Below are positions 63,853 through 64,000 of a stretch of DNA of 64,000 bases, piece after piece. The notes under the pieces were generated by a model. The model did not search any database and was not told the DNA's origin. It worked only from the letters and a program-made list of their open reading frames with translations. This DNA comes from Nostoc sp. GTDB taxonomy: Bacteria > Cyanobacteriota > Cyanobacteriia > Cyanobacteriales > Nostocaceae. Every line of letters begins with the position of its first letter. Positions within the stretch are counted from its first letter, which is position 1. The translations under genes were made by a program, and so were the position numbers. The stretch is from positions 32,001 through 96,000 of the forward strand of contig JBALDB010000015.1 in NCBI GenBank assembly GCA_036918135.1, read 5' to 3'.

Positions 63853-64000
63853 TGCAAAAAATCTCTGGACTAATAGCTATAGTAATGGTTTTACTCTACC
63901 AGAAACTTTAGTAATTGTTGTATTAATTGGTATCTTAGCCACGCTGGGAATATCAAACTGGATGGCTTTTGTAGCGACTTGCCGCCTTAACACTGCCCAA
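63818..64000 (+). CDS. hpsH: Pseudopilin (HpsH position), 3' truncated by window; absent from ORF track
   Basis: MNTQVHLPFLVNAKNLWTNSYSNG|FTLPETLVIVVLIGILATLGISNWMAFV...; overlaps the upstream GT by 35 bp. Confidence 0.75.
   Translation, partial: MNTQVHLPFLVNAKNLWTNSYSNGFTLPETLVIVVLIGILATLGISNWMAFVATCRLNTAQ

Overview
Chromosomal window from a filamentous, probably heterocyst-forming cyanobacterium (Nostoc-like: abundant HIP1 GCGATCGC octamers, heptamer STRR tracts, ntcA, hps genes). From left to right: (1) end of an exopolysaccharide locus (AlgD-like nucleotide-sugar dehydrogenase, GT4, Wzc, decayed IS630 element, beta-helix protein, Wza); (2) core block ABC ATPase-hisB-fabI-ntcA-DUF3084-YqgF-DUF3146; (3) accessory stretch of about 9 kb (aldo/keto reductase, secreted EndoU-type nuclease, GNAT, SPINDLY-like TPR glycosyltransferase, amidase, unknown membrane protein) interspersed with MITE-like elements; (4) mixed housekeeping genes (tRNA-Ala, hisF, ruvB, M16 peptidase, psbY, folC); (5) pilMNOQ, metH and the hormogonium polysaccharide/pseudopilin locus hpsA-H. 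I saw no CRISPR array, prophage or intact transposase. The main leads are the SPY-like and EndoU accessory genes, the AlgD-like/beta-helix EPS pairing, the debris-filled pilQ-metH junction, and repeat DNA that has entered reading frames. All calls come from motif recognition by eye; no searches were run.
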